Shown: positions 35,340-64,000 of the stretch, piece by piece
How the letters are laid out: the number at the start of each line of letters is the position of its first letter
Position numbering within the stretch: position 1 is the stretch's first letter
Origin: Macrostomum lignano
Lineage: Eukaryota
Direction: 5' to 3'
NCBI GenBank assembly: GCA_002269645.1
Contig: NIVC01001603.1
Coordinates: forward strand, 1 to 64,000
Length of the DNA: 64,000 bases
The notes under the pieces: generated by a model
Databases searched by the model: none
Seen by the model: only the letters and a program-made list of their open reading frames with translations
What the model was told of the DNA's origin: nothing
Program-made: the position numbers and the translations under genes

Positions 35340-35975
35340 CAGCGCTTGCGCTCTTACTTGACTTACTTGACTTTGCTGCACGGGGCTCCGTGTATCCAGA
35401 TGCAGCGTTGCCGCCCATTTCGCTCACCCTTTTCACCACTAGGGCTCTGTTCCAAATGAAGCCGTCGAAGGAGATGGCCGGTCTCACAATGGCAGTGTAA
35501 TCTACCAGAGGCGACGGGGTGAAGCCCTGTCAACCTGTGGTCGAGGGTGAGGCCCAAGCATCTGGTTTGTTTTCCGCGATCAATTAGAGTGAGAGCGGTC
35601 AATTATCCAGTTTCGGCGGCTGGTGAACATGATAGCCACGGTTTTAGACTCAGAGAACCTGAGACCGCAGCTGTGTGCCCAGCGCTCGGCATAGTGGATA
35701 AAGTCTTGGATGAGGTCTCTGAGGACCGCGAGTGATGGTCCAGTCACAGTGGCAGTAACATCGTCCGCATGCGACCTTTTGATCCGGGTCCGGATGCAGG
35801 CTGCAGAACAGTTTCAGATAATCGGGCTGAGGACTCCACCTTGTGGTCCGCCTTTCTGGACCTCCACAGAGCGGAAGTGTCCTAGGAGGTGCGAGTTGAC
35901 AGTACGATGGGAGACCAATTTTTTTATCAAGCGGATAAGGTGCCCGTGCGTGCCCCACTCTACAACAGTGTAAAA
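35340..35975 (-). mobile_element. I/Loa-like LINE fragment (RT + 3' tail), internally deleted
   Basis: GGPQGGVLSPII...ADDVT RT motifs. 3' end gaaatgggcggcaacgc...cacggagcccc...agtcaagtaagtcaagtaag is shared with 37179-37570. Confidence 0.7.
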
Positions 35976-36222
35976 CATTGAACAATAGTAAGCAGGAATA
36001 CATAAATAGTAAGAGTAGCGTAGGGGCTTTTTATTGAAATAAATTGAGACCAAGTCGCTGTTTTTGTGTATGTTTAATTAATTGAGTAATAAATTAGGTT
36101 TCTATTCATAACTTAAAGTAGTCTGGTTTCAGTAGGTACCGTGTATTTACAGTATATACTCGTAGTTTTCTCCCGCAAATTTCTATAGAAATCTATTGCA
36201 TTATAACAAATTACGAGCTATA

Positions 36223-36537
36223 ACAAACACAACAACAAAATACGCTGTCAGGATGGCAAAAGTCAGCGTCACAGGGCGCGCTTCATGGCTTGGGCGCGAA
36301 CAAAGGCCGCGCCACCGGCAGTGTCCGGGGCGCCGGCGTCAGCCAGCAGACAGTCGACATAACGCCGAGTTCGCGCTTGACCTCGCCGGTAGGGTGCCTG
36401 CAGCGTGAGCAGCAGCACCTCCTGCACCGGCTGTGGGCAGTACGACTCGGCGCGGATGAGATGGCCTGCGAGCTGGAGTCGCCGACGGCGCAGTAGATCA
36501 CTTGGACGTGGCAGGTCAGCGCGGCGATAGAGCTTAT
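36223..36537 (-). mobile_element. 5'-truncated RTE LINE 3' end
   Basis: Near-identical to 46590-46893; (ttg)n tail; 13-bp TSD attacgagctata (36210-36222, 36538-36550). Confidence 0.9.
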
Positions 36538-37178
36538 ATTACGAGCTATATAAGCTTGAAAAGTACGAAAAAAACTGCTGGACTGGGACTACATTAAAAA
36601 TTACTGAACAAGAAGCTAGCTAGTGATTAGTTCGATTTTAAAATAATATATGAGGAATAAGAATTCAAAAGAAGTTTCTTGGCGAAGCAAGGATCGATAT
36701 TACATGTTAAATTAAGTAATTTTATGGAATATTAGAATGTAAAATAAGCAAGTATGCTACAGTTCTTTGACAGTGTCTAAATCTAGTGCCCCTGTAACGA
36801 GTCCGGTATATTTATAATATTACTGGCGGATGAGAGTATTAGCAACGTATGGTTCAGCAGCTACGTCTGTCAGTCCTGGACGATTTACTATACTCGTAGC
36901 ATAAGAAATCTTACTGTCTTAGTATGAATGCGTACACTGGTGATCGGCTCTGATTATAATTATTGTATCTCACGTACATGCTAAGTTGATCTACGTCCAA
37001 GGCTGCCACACGCTACAGAAAAGACTAGAACTTACATGTTTAAATTATGAGTCGCATTTCTTGGAAACGGAAACCAAATTAACAAAATACGTAATATTAG
37101 AACCCTAGAATAAATTATGCATATAATTCAAACAGCTAAGGATCTGACTAAAGTTAAAATACACCATGTAAATAAACT

Positions 37179-37570
37179 GGCATCGTTACCTCCAGGAGAA
37201 AATCCGCAGTGAGGACTGCCCTTTCTGCCTCTCCGGTGTCGAGAATGCGGAGCACTTCATCTGTGAATGCCCTCCCCTTTACTCAGGACAGGCTCACCTA
37301 CCTCGGCCCAAACCCGGACCTCTCCGACGTTTTCAGGCCCGAGAATCTCTGCCAGCTCGTCCGCTACCTAAGGGCTACCGGGCGAGCGAACATCCACCTC
37401 CTGGACTCTCCGGAGGGGGACCGCGCTGCGGACGCCGGCACCACCGGAACTCCCTGCGCGACACCGCAGCACTAGCTGCCCGTGGTCGCCAGGGGTTAGC
37501 GAAATGGGCGGCAACGCCTCCTCGCTGTTTCCAGACGCACGGAGCCCCCTGCAGCTAAGTCAAGTAAGTA
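37179..37570 (+). mobile_element. 5'-truncated I/Loa-like LINE 3' end with CCHC motif
   Basis: [18 protein letters not shown] zinc knuckle; tail aagtcaagtaagta; 13-bp TSD atgtaaataaact (37166-37178, 37571-37583). Confidence 0.85.
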
Positions 37571-37879
37571 ATGTAAATAAACTAGATTCGAATTACAGAA
37601 CTGTCAAACCGTTACACCCCCTTCGGGGCGGCCGATAAGAAAGAGCGAAATTTATTTGTTTAAATTCTGGTAGCGATTAGTATGATGTCACTGGTAACAA
37701 TCAGTAATTTTAATAATTTTATTATTTTTTTTAATTTTTTTGCGCTGGTAGCTATGTACAGTACAGTGCCGATTAAAGAAAATACACTAGCGATTGCTTA
37801 CACGGTTCGTGTTTCTTTTACATTTGCATCTTACAAAAGCAGCACTTTCTCAGGAGATGACACGCACGAACCTCGCTGA

Positions 37880-38980
37880 GCAACTTTCTTGCCTCTTCGT
37901 TAATTGCAAATGGTCACCAGTTCTGGTGTAGTTCCAGGATACTGGCTGCTGGTCCCTTCAAGAACCTGGTTAAAAATATGCTTTGGGTATGCTTTCTTCC
38001 CCTCTCCACGAAGATTTCCCATGGTCATTTTAAAGCGCTCGAATCCTGGGATGGAAATCCTGGACATCAGCTTGGCGAAATACTTGGCACTGTGGCTTTC
38101 AATCTTGATTGTGTGAAGCAAGCGCGGATCAATCGACTCATTGGAGAAATAAATTGGCCTTGAAAATCTCCGATTTCGTCGTACTCTGACAGTGTTTGAC
38201 AGCGTGGATCAATATCCTCAATTGGAAGTTCGAATTTCCCTGTGGTTTTGCTTTCAGCTGCAGTCGAAAATTTAATTTTTGGAGTCTCGGCGCGTGGAGT
38301 CTCGGCGCGCGGGGTCTCGGCGCGTGGGGCCTCGCCGCGTGGGGTCTCGGCGCGCGGGGTCTCGGCGCGTGGGGTCTCGGCGTGTGGGGTCTCGGCGCGT
38401 GGGGTCTCAGCGAGTGAAGTCTCGGCGCGTGGAGTCTCGGCGTGTGGAGTCTCGGCACGTGGGGTCTCGGCGCGTGGGGTCTCGGCGAGTGAAGTCTCGG
38501 CGCGTGGAGTCTCGGCGCGTGGGGTCTCGGCGAGTGAAGTCTCGGCGCGTGGAGTATCGGCGCGTGGGGTCTCGGCGTGTGGGGTCTCGGCGCGTGGGGC
38601 CTCGGGGCGTGAAGTCTCGGCGCGTTGAGTCATTGAGCTCATGGAGTGCTCATTGGTTACTTTCAGAGTTAAGAAGGACATTGTATCCTTGAGTTCTCTT
38701 ACATCTTTCTGAATCTGACCGACTGCTGATGAGAGCTCCTGTAGGTGCACTACAATCAAGGAGTTGACGACACTGCCGTCATTCTGCTTCAGACGATTGA
38801 ACTCAATAATCTTCTCGATTAGCAATTAGCAATTAGCAAGCTTACCGGATACAGCAAGAATTTCGACAAGCTTTTCGTCTCCATAGTAGCTTATTGTGAT
38901 TTCTTCTCCGACCTCCGGCACTGCCTGCTTGTACTCAATGGAATGAATGAGACCATCTGCGTCAAAAATTACTAGCATCC
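37880..38980 (-). pseudogene. Disrupted gene for a coiled-coil + AETPR-repeat + putative BEN-like domain protein, probably transposon-associated
   Basis: Exon MLVIFDADG...EILAVS|gtaagc; coiled coil LQELSSAVGQIQKDVRELKD; 15-bp repeat encoding AETPR; frameshifted tail KYFAKLMSRI...KMTMGNLRGEGKKAYPKHIFNQVLE...YP. The BEN assignment is by recall only. Confidence 0.35.
38281..38626. repeat. 15-bp minisatellite (ggggtctcggcgcgt)n, about 23 units
   Basis: Direct reading. Confidence 0.95.
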
Positions 38981-39389
38981 AGAAAGTCTGTTGTCGTGAA
39001 GAGCATCGGCTTATTTGTAGAAAAATTAAAGAAATAATAATAAAAGTAACAACTTGAGTTGTCCGTAAGATACCGATTGATATTGAGTATTAAAACAATA
39101 AACAAGGATTATGCACTAAATCATTTCTCATTTCTCAAAGCATTTCATGCCTCCGTACCTCCCGCCAATGAGAACAGCCAATGGGGTGTATGCTTTCGCA
39201 AGAGATACACTTCTCTCTTCCCCTACACCCTTTTCTCTTTCTCTCTCACTCCTTTCTCATTCTTGCTGATGACAGCTTCAGAAGGCGGGGAGAAGATACT
39301 CAAAACTTTTAGTTTGAAACCTATGCAAAAATATCACTTTTTATGTACGAGCTGTTTTGTAATTGCACGAGGGCGACGGCCTCCCCAAA

Positions 39390-39650
39390 CGGCCTCTCTC
39401 CTCCCTCCTTCTCCCTGCAGCCTCTCTCTCCTTCTCTCTCCTTCTCCCTGCCGCCTCTCTCCTTCTCTCTCCTTCTCCCTGCCGCCTCTCTCCTTCTCTC
39501 TCCTTCTCCCTGCAGCCTCTCTCCTTCTCTCTCCTTCTCCCTGCCGCCTCTCTCCTTCCCTCTCTCCTTCTCCCTGCAGCCTCTCTCCTTCTCTCTCTCC
39601 TTCTCCCTGCAGTCTCTTTTCTCCCTACCGCCTCTCTCCTCCCCCTGTCG
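39390..39650. repeat. CT-rich tandem repeat
   Basis: cctctctccttctccctg(c/a)-type units. Confidence 0.85.
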
Positions 39651-40126
39651 CTTGGTCCCCTACCCGTACCCCCTACCCCTTAGGTATCCTAGTCCGGTGG
39701 ATGCCACGTCTAAGAGGATGGACAAGTTGAGCTCCCATCATTCGTCGTGCTTGGTCACCTCTTTCAATTTGTTTTAGTGGAGCAAATTTTTTTAGGCTGA
39801 TTTTGGTACGGCGACATCCTGGACTGGACATGCGTACATCACTTATTATTATTGAGGAAATATTCAGATTTTGCTGGATGCTACTGAACAGCACCCGTAC
39901 AGTAGCTAGCTGGGTAATTTTTTGTTAAATTCTGTTACAAATGCAACTCTAACAGCTACTTTTTTGCTCTGAAACGCTATATTTCTGTTATTTATAAAGT
40001 GTAAAGTTCAATAGGCGGTCGGATATCATAGTATTGACTCACTGTAACTGATAATTGTTTATGATAGCTTGTATCTTGGTTTTTTCCGGATGTATTTGTG
40101 AATAGCATTCTTTCACGGCTATATCT

Positions 40127-41863
40127 TCACTCGCAAGCGCTAGCAGCCAGCAGTTGCAGAGCTACTCGTCCGTGTTTGTCAGCCGAGTTGCCTCTAGTGG
40201 CGCCGGTGCAGTCGATGCCGCTGCAGAACGAGCCGCCGCCGCCTCCAGAGTGGCGGTAGCCCAGTCCAGCTCCGCCACCGCTGAAGCCTCCGCCAGCTCC
40301 GCCGGCTCCGTTCAGGGTCTCGGTTTCGCCTCCACCGCCTCCACCGCCGCCACCGCCGCCGAAGCCGCCTTTGCCAGCGCTGCTGTCTCCGGCTCTGCCG
40401 CCGATCCAGCCTTCTTCCAAACCACCCCCTCGTTCGCCGTCACCGGAGCTTCGCCTCGGGTTGACGGCCCTGCCCAGCCAGCCGGCGCCGCAGCCGCCGT
40501 GGAACATAAAGGATGAAGCTCGACTCGGATCATTGAAGCCCGGCTGACCGTTGGCGCCACCAAAGCCTCTCGTCAAATCAATGTCACCGATGGAATCCGT
40601 TCCGTTCATGTCTATCCGTCCCGGTCCTCCGTCTAGTGGTTTAAATGCTCGCGATTGTTGTTCTGTTTTTGGTGAATTTTAAAGAAAAAAGAAAGCAATT
40701 TTCCCACCACTCGCTCCCTGAGAAGAGCAGCCACCGCCACCGCCAGCCGCAATCAGCAGCTGCTGATCCACAGTCCGGTACACGAAGCTGCCTCCGCCGC
40801 CGCCGGCTCCCGATGTATTTGAGTTGGCAGAGCCGCCCGCCTGCCCGACCACGATAGAGAGCTGGGTGCCGGCTGTCAGGTTGAAGCTGCCAGCTGCCAA
40901 GGCGCCGAGACCTCCACTCGTCTCAGTGAACGAGTTGTCGCCGCCTTTGGCTCCGGCCACCTCGATGCGGTAGCAGCCGGTGACGTTGATCAGAGCGAGC
41001 TGGACGGAGCCGTTTCTGCCTGAGCTGCTGTCTGTGGATTTTGAGTGCCCCTAATATAAACAAACTGATGCTGCTGTTATACTTAGTTAGGAATCAATTT
41101 CTGAAGTCCAAATAGGTCATTAATAGTTCAAAATAGTCACCAACTGAAGTAGTTTCAATGTATTTTTATTTTATGCGATGGGAGAGATTTAACTCACTCA
41201 AAAAAAATCGCACCGTGCTCTTCATTGAAATGGAAGCAGCGAAGCTCTCAGCTGCCCAGACTCTGTCTCCAGGCTCCGCTCCGAGAAGCCGACTCACGTG
41301 AGCTCCTGGAGGTCCTGCCGACATCAGGGAGTCAAAGACGGTGACAATTCGACAAATTTGCATCATCTTGTTTAGAACTGCAAGGACGCAGAGCTTTGCT
41401 TGGCACAGAGCCAAGCACTTGATGCCGGATTGAACTCCAGTCACGTTTACGACAGCACTTTTGATGCTTTCGTTGAAAAGCACGGGTTTCTCGTAGTCAA
41501 CAAAGCGATTCACAGCGCTCTGGGACGTGGTCGACTCTGAAATGGGTTACGTAAGGACTTAGCTAGTCACCACACCGAACAAAATTTTGCAGTAAACTGA
41601 AACTACCAATCAATAACCTGAAAGACTGCTTTGATAGAAGGGACTCAAGAAAGCGGGTAGAATTAACCAAAGTCGATTTTTTTTGCATTTTGAAATCTAT
41701 TTATAGCTTTGTACAATCGTTTTAGATTTAGTCTTTACGAATTTTGGGATTTTAAAAGCCTTGGTTTTTGGTAGTGCCTAAAACCCTCAGCCAGTTCTTC
41801 GAACTTACCGCCAAGAACATCAACTGACGCTAAAGTTAGTAAAACCAGAAGACATAAACTCAT
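40127..41863 (-). CDS. Paralog E: most divergent secreted PAN/Apple-like + ALK/LTK-like glycine-rich domain protein (~406 aa), 4 exons
   Basis: Exons 41809-41863 (MSLCLLVLLTLASVDVLG), 41198-41536, 40711-41031 (alternative donor 40708, same phase), 40127-40632. Open frame. Confidence 0.8.
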
Positions 41864-44186
41864 GACTAATTGCAGGGTTGAACAGTTGCTACACAGGTAA
41901 TGCAGATGTGTTTCTTTGCAGCTGGGACCAAAAACTCTACTTTTTCACGCCTAATTTGCAATTCCCATTTAAACTGTAGTTTGTTGATTGACATCAAACA
42001 CAGGAGCCCTGCGAAAGTCGTTACATTTAAGTCAGCATCAACCCAGCAGCAGCTTCTGCAACATCTTTGACAGCGAACATTTATGCAAAACGTTTTTTAG
42101 AGTCTGATACGTTATATTTGCCTTCATCTCCTACTTTCCCAGCTATCAAATGTGTGCCATAGTGGCTGCCATTTGTTTGCCTTGGGGCAATAAATCATTT
42201 ATTTTCGCTCGTCCATGAGACATTGACACTTGGTCTCTAAAGGGGTAGGATAAAAGATCGAAGATAAAATAATTTCAGAATACTTCTAGATTTTTATCGA
42301 AGTGGCAAATAAATATATATTATTTTCGTCCTCAAGGTCACATAACCATACTGTGTATCCTCATCCGCCTTTGGGGCGAATGGGAAGCACGAGGTTTTCT
42401 CTAAGGCAAGTGCTATAGGATTAGAAAAGCTATTGTCTAGGATGAAGTAGAAAAAGTAACCTTGAATTCGACTAGCCAGTAAAAGTGTGTATGCTGTATT
42501 GTAAATGAAAAATGATCACTACAGCGGAACAGCAAATGCAGATAAACTCACAAATAAAGAATCTAAAGATATAATCAGCCATGGTCCTCTTAATGGTCAT
42601 TTCAATGGCGAGCTGCCTCTTCCTGTCTCTTCCTTGTTGAAAAATTTCCAAAGACCAATCTCGAGCGATACTCTGACGAAATTCTTTATTGTGAGGATCG
42701 GATCACGAGTGTCATCAGAAATGAGGGACGACAGGGAGACAGGAGTGCAGGCTGGCAACTACGCTCGTAAGGACACAGATCTCCTTTTCGTCGAATTTGA
42801 ATTCACTTGGACTAGCTTTTTGCCAGACTGTGTGTTCATACACTAACGCCCACCTGCAGAAATAGATGAACTGATTTTGGATTCAGTTTTAATGAGCAAC
42901 TAACAGCAAAACCTCAGTACGAGGTACTATTAGTATAGTACAACACACCAGAAAATAATAAACGAAAGTTTTAAACTGGTTTTGCAGACACTTTTTGCAG
43001 TCCTAATACTCAACTCATTTAATCCTTATGAACTGCTGTCATATATTGATGTATTTTACATAATCAAACATTGGAAGTATATGTCAGAAAATACTGTCTT
43101 GAAAAGGCCCTTTTATTGTATTGAGTTGGATCTGTCAGTACTGATCCGGGAAACTTCATAAAACAGAATGTGCTGCAGCAAGTCAAGAGCAGAGACAACA
43201 AGCAGCTGTTCCAACAGGAAAGAGATATTAGTCAAGTTAAGCACTGCGCACTAAGCAAGCCATAGCAAAAGACCTACGACCTAGATTGACTTCCCTGGAG
43301 TTAATTTAACTTGGATTCTGAAGAGTACTTATGGCCGATCGGAGAAGGAGAGTAAGTAGAGAGGCTTAGAGCTAAAAAAAATCATTTTGCTTATTGCTTT
43401 TGTTCATGCTTTGAGCTACGTTGGAAACAGTATTGAAAGAAGAAGTTGTGCTCGTGCATACATGCAGAGTTTAAGTAGAAGCTTAAATTCCTCTCCCTCG
43501 TGGACGTACATGAAGCCCATGAGGGAGCTCAGTGCATGCAGATCAACAGTTAACACGTCTCGCGCCAAGGGTTTCCAGATTCGATTCCACGCTGCAGGGC
43601 TTGTGAGATGTAATTGTTGCTTCCACAGTGCAAACTCTGTGCTCTGTAATACAAAATTCCATAATACATTATACACGAGCTATGTACGACATAAAAATTC
43701 CATAGGGCACACCGATAGAGAAAAACGTACAATTGCTAGATCTACGTTCGTACTGTCGCTGGTCGCTAGGAATATTTATTCGTACCAATAGGAAGGGATT
43801 ATGGCAATTTTCCTACACAAAAAATTGGGGAGCGTGGACCGGAGCGGGCGAGAGTGGCGTTGAAAAAAATATTTCCCATTTCCTTTCCCAGACGAATAGG
43901 CGGGTAGCTTGGAAAGGGACACACATTTTTTTCTCCTCGGCTCGTCCTCTCACGAACGGTTCCTCGTTTCATCAGTTCTACCGCCATCCCCTCAACTGCC
44001 CTGGAGGCCTAAAATCCTGTTTCCGAATCTGCATATGCACCACCTCTCTTTTCATGCCTACTAGAGCTGTTACAACCGTATTTCCTTCCCCAATATATTG
44101 AAGCAGATTGCGACAATCTCAGTCTTGGGGATTGCAACAAATTTTCTTCTTTCAAAAACGGGTGCTGAAGTAGTCCAGCCTAACAG

Positions 44187-62187
<18,001 letters not shown>

Positions 62188-62864
62188 GTAAGAGTTACAT
62201 TTGAATCATACCGTGCATCATAGGTCAAACTGAAAATGCTTTTTTATGGTCATCTTTTGATCAGTTTTTTTGTTTCAGAGGAACGAATACGCTCGTAACA
62301 ATAACAATAGAAACGTGCTAATCTGAGCCGTTTATTTACATGTTGAACCTAAAAAATGCCAATCTGACGCGTAAAGTAATAACATTGACCATGCATGTCT
62401 CGCTTTGTTTATCAAGACCTCTACGCGACGAACCAAAAAATGCGTCACACCCTTTGCCGACGGCTGTCAGAACTTCTACCCCTCGTTCCAGACGGCAGTT
62501 AACTCCACAAGTATACCCGTATGTAGCAAAGCCGCTTAACCAAAAGATAATTTGTCTATGGCTGGGGACCAAATGCTATGGCTGCATGTCTTTCATTCAT
62601 GAGAAAACCATACAGGGAAATATTGAAAGGGAACTATACCTTTTAATCATTTTTTGGACATAAGTGAAGTCAATTTAGTCATTAGCCAGCTCAGTCCTAG
62701 AAAAGTGAGTTTGATTTAGTCAGCACTCGGGGTTTACCATAGACTATAGTAAAGAAATGAAATCGATTAAGTCAAGTTCCTTTAAATCCGTCTTTCGTAA
62801 CTTTTATTAAGTCAAAGTGAATTTTATTTATTCTTTATAGCTTTGAGAAGATGCACGTAGTGAA

Positions 62865-63996
62865 ACAAAGCCACCATGTCAAACATAAAAGAGCCACCAT
62901 GTCAAATATAAAAGAGCCACCATGCCAAACATATACGTATCTCCATGTCAAACATTAAAGAGCCACCATGTCAAACAACTGAGCCACAATGTCAAACATA
63001 ACAGAGACACCATTTTAAACGTAAAAGGGCCGCCATGGAAAACATAGAAGAGCCACCATGTCAAACAATAAAGAGCTACCATGTCGAACATTAAAGAGCT
63101 ACCATGTCGAACATTAAAGAGCCACCATGTCAAACATAGAAGAGACGCCATGTCAAACAAAGAAGAGCCACAATTTCAAACATAAAAGAGCCACCGTTTC
63201 AAACATAAAAGAGACACCGTTTCAAACATAAAAGGAAGTGTCATGCCAAACAAAACGGAGCCACTATAAAGCTAAGGAAATTGTTGCACTAGCTACTTGT
63301 TCTCTGTTGGATGATTGCTATTTAAGGATGGATACTTGCTATCAGGGGGATGCTTGCTATCTGATGGATGCTTGCTATCTGAGGGATGCTTGCTATTGGT
63401 GGGATGCTTGCTATCGGAAGGATGCTTGCTACTGGGGTAACTTGCTATTGGGAGATGCTTGCTCTTGGGGGTGGAGGGTACTGGCTATCTTGAGAGGGGG
63501 TTGCTAGATATCTATAAGGTCTCTTTCTATCCAGGTTATGCTTGCTATCTGGGGTTGCTTGCGGTCTGGGGGATGCTTGCTATCTGGGGGATGCTTGCTA
63601 TCTGGGAGATGCTTGCTATCTGGGGGATGCTTGCTATCTGGGGGATGCTTGCTATCTGGGGGATGCTTGCTATCTGGGGTTGCTTGCTATCGGGGGTCTG
63701 GGGGGTGCTTGCTATCTGGGGGATGCTTGCTATCTGGGGTTGCTTGCTATCGGGTGGATGCTTGTTATCTGGGGGATGCTTGCAGTCTGGGTGATGTTTG
63801 CTATTTAGGGATCGATGCTTGAATGCTTTCTGGGGATGCTTGCTGTTTTGGGATGTTTTGTTTTTAGAGAAAATGTCTGTTGCTTTTTCATGAAAGCTTT
63901 TTTTCGCTGTCTATTTTTTATTTCTCTTGGAGTCTTTATTTGTAAAGAACAAGGATTCTATCCAGATGTCCCCCATCGGGGGGCGAAGATTGCTAG
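62865..63996 (+). mobile_element. 5'-truncated Helitron of the same family, in a KCNT intron
   Basis: Both minisatellites are present. The 3' end gatgtcccccatcggggggcgaagattgCTAG|t matches the dimer termini. Confidence 0.85.
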
Positions 63997-64000
63997 TCAC

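Overview
Eukaryotic, intron-containing, repeat-rich animal DNA. It looks like an invertebrate, possibly a flatworm such as Macrostomum, but that is inference only. The left two-thirds holds five paralogous genes (A+, B+, C-, D-, E-). Each intact gene encodes a ~400-aa secreted protein: signal peptide + PAN/Apple-like module + ALK/LTK-type glycine-rich domain, with no transmembrane or kinase domain. A-B and C-D are the two arms of one large inverted duplication (~1.2-13.7 kb vs ~17.55-33.3 kb) around a spacer that carries a frameshifted single-exon class A GPCR. Copy C is a pseudogene. The right arm is interrupted by a precise 6.6-kb head-to-tail Helitron dimer loaded with two minisatellites. 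The right third holds the 5' part of a Slo2/KCNT Na+-activated K+ channel gene with two alternative first exons and one 1-nt frameshift. SINEs, RTE and I-like LINE fragments, MITEs, P-element, Tc1/mariner and Crypton-like remnants and simple repeats are scattered throughout. All gene models were built by hand from GT-AG sites and reading frame; none is confirmed by transcript data.
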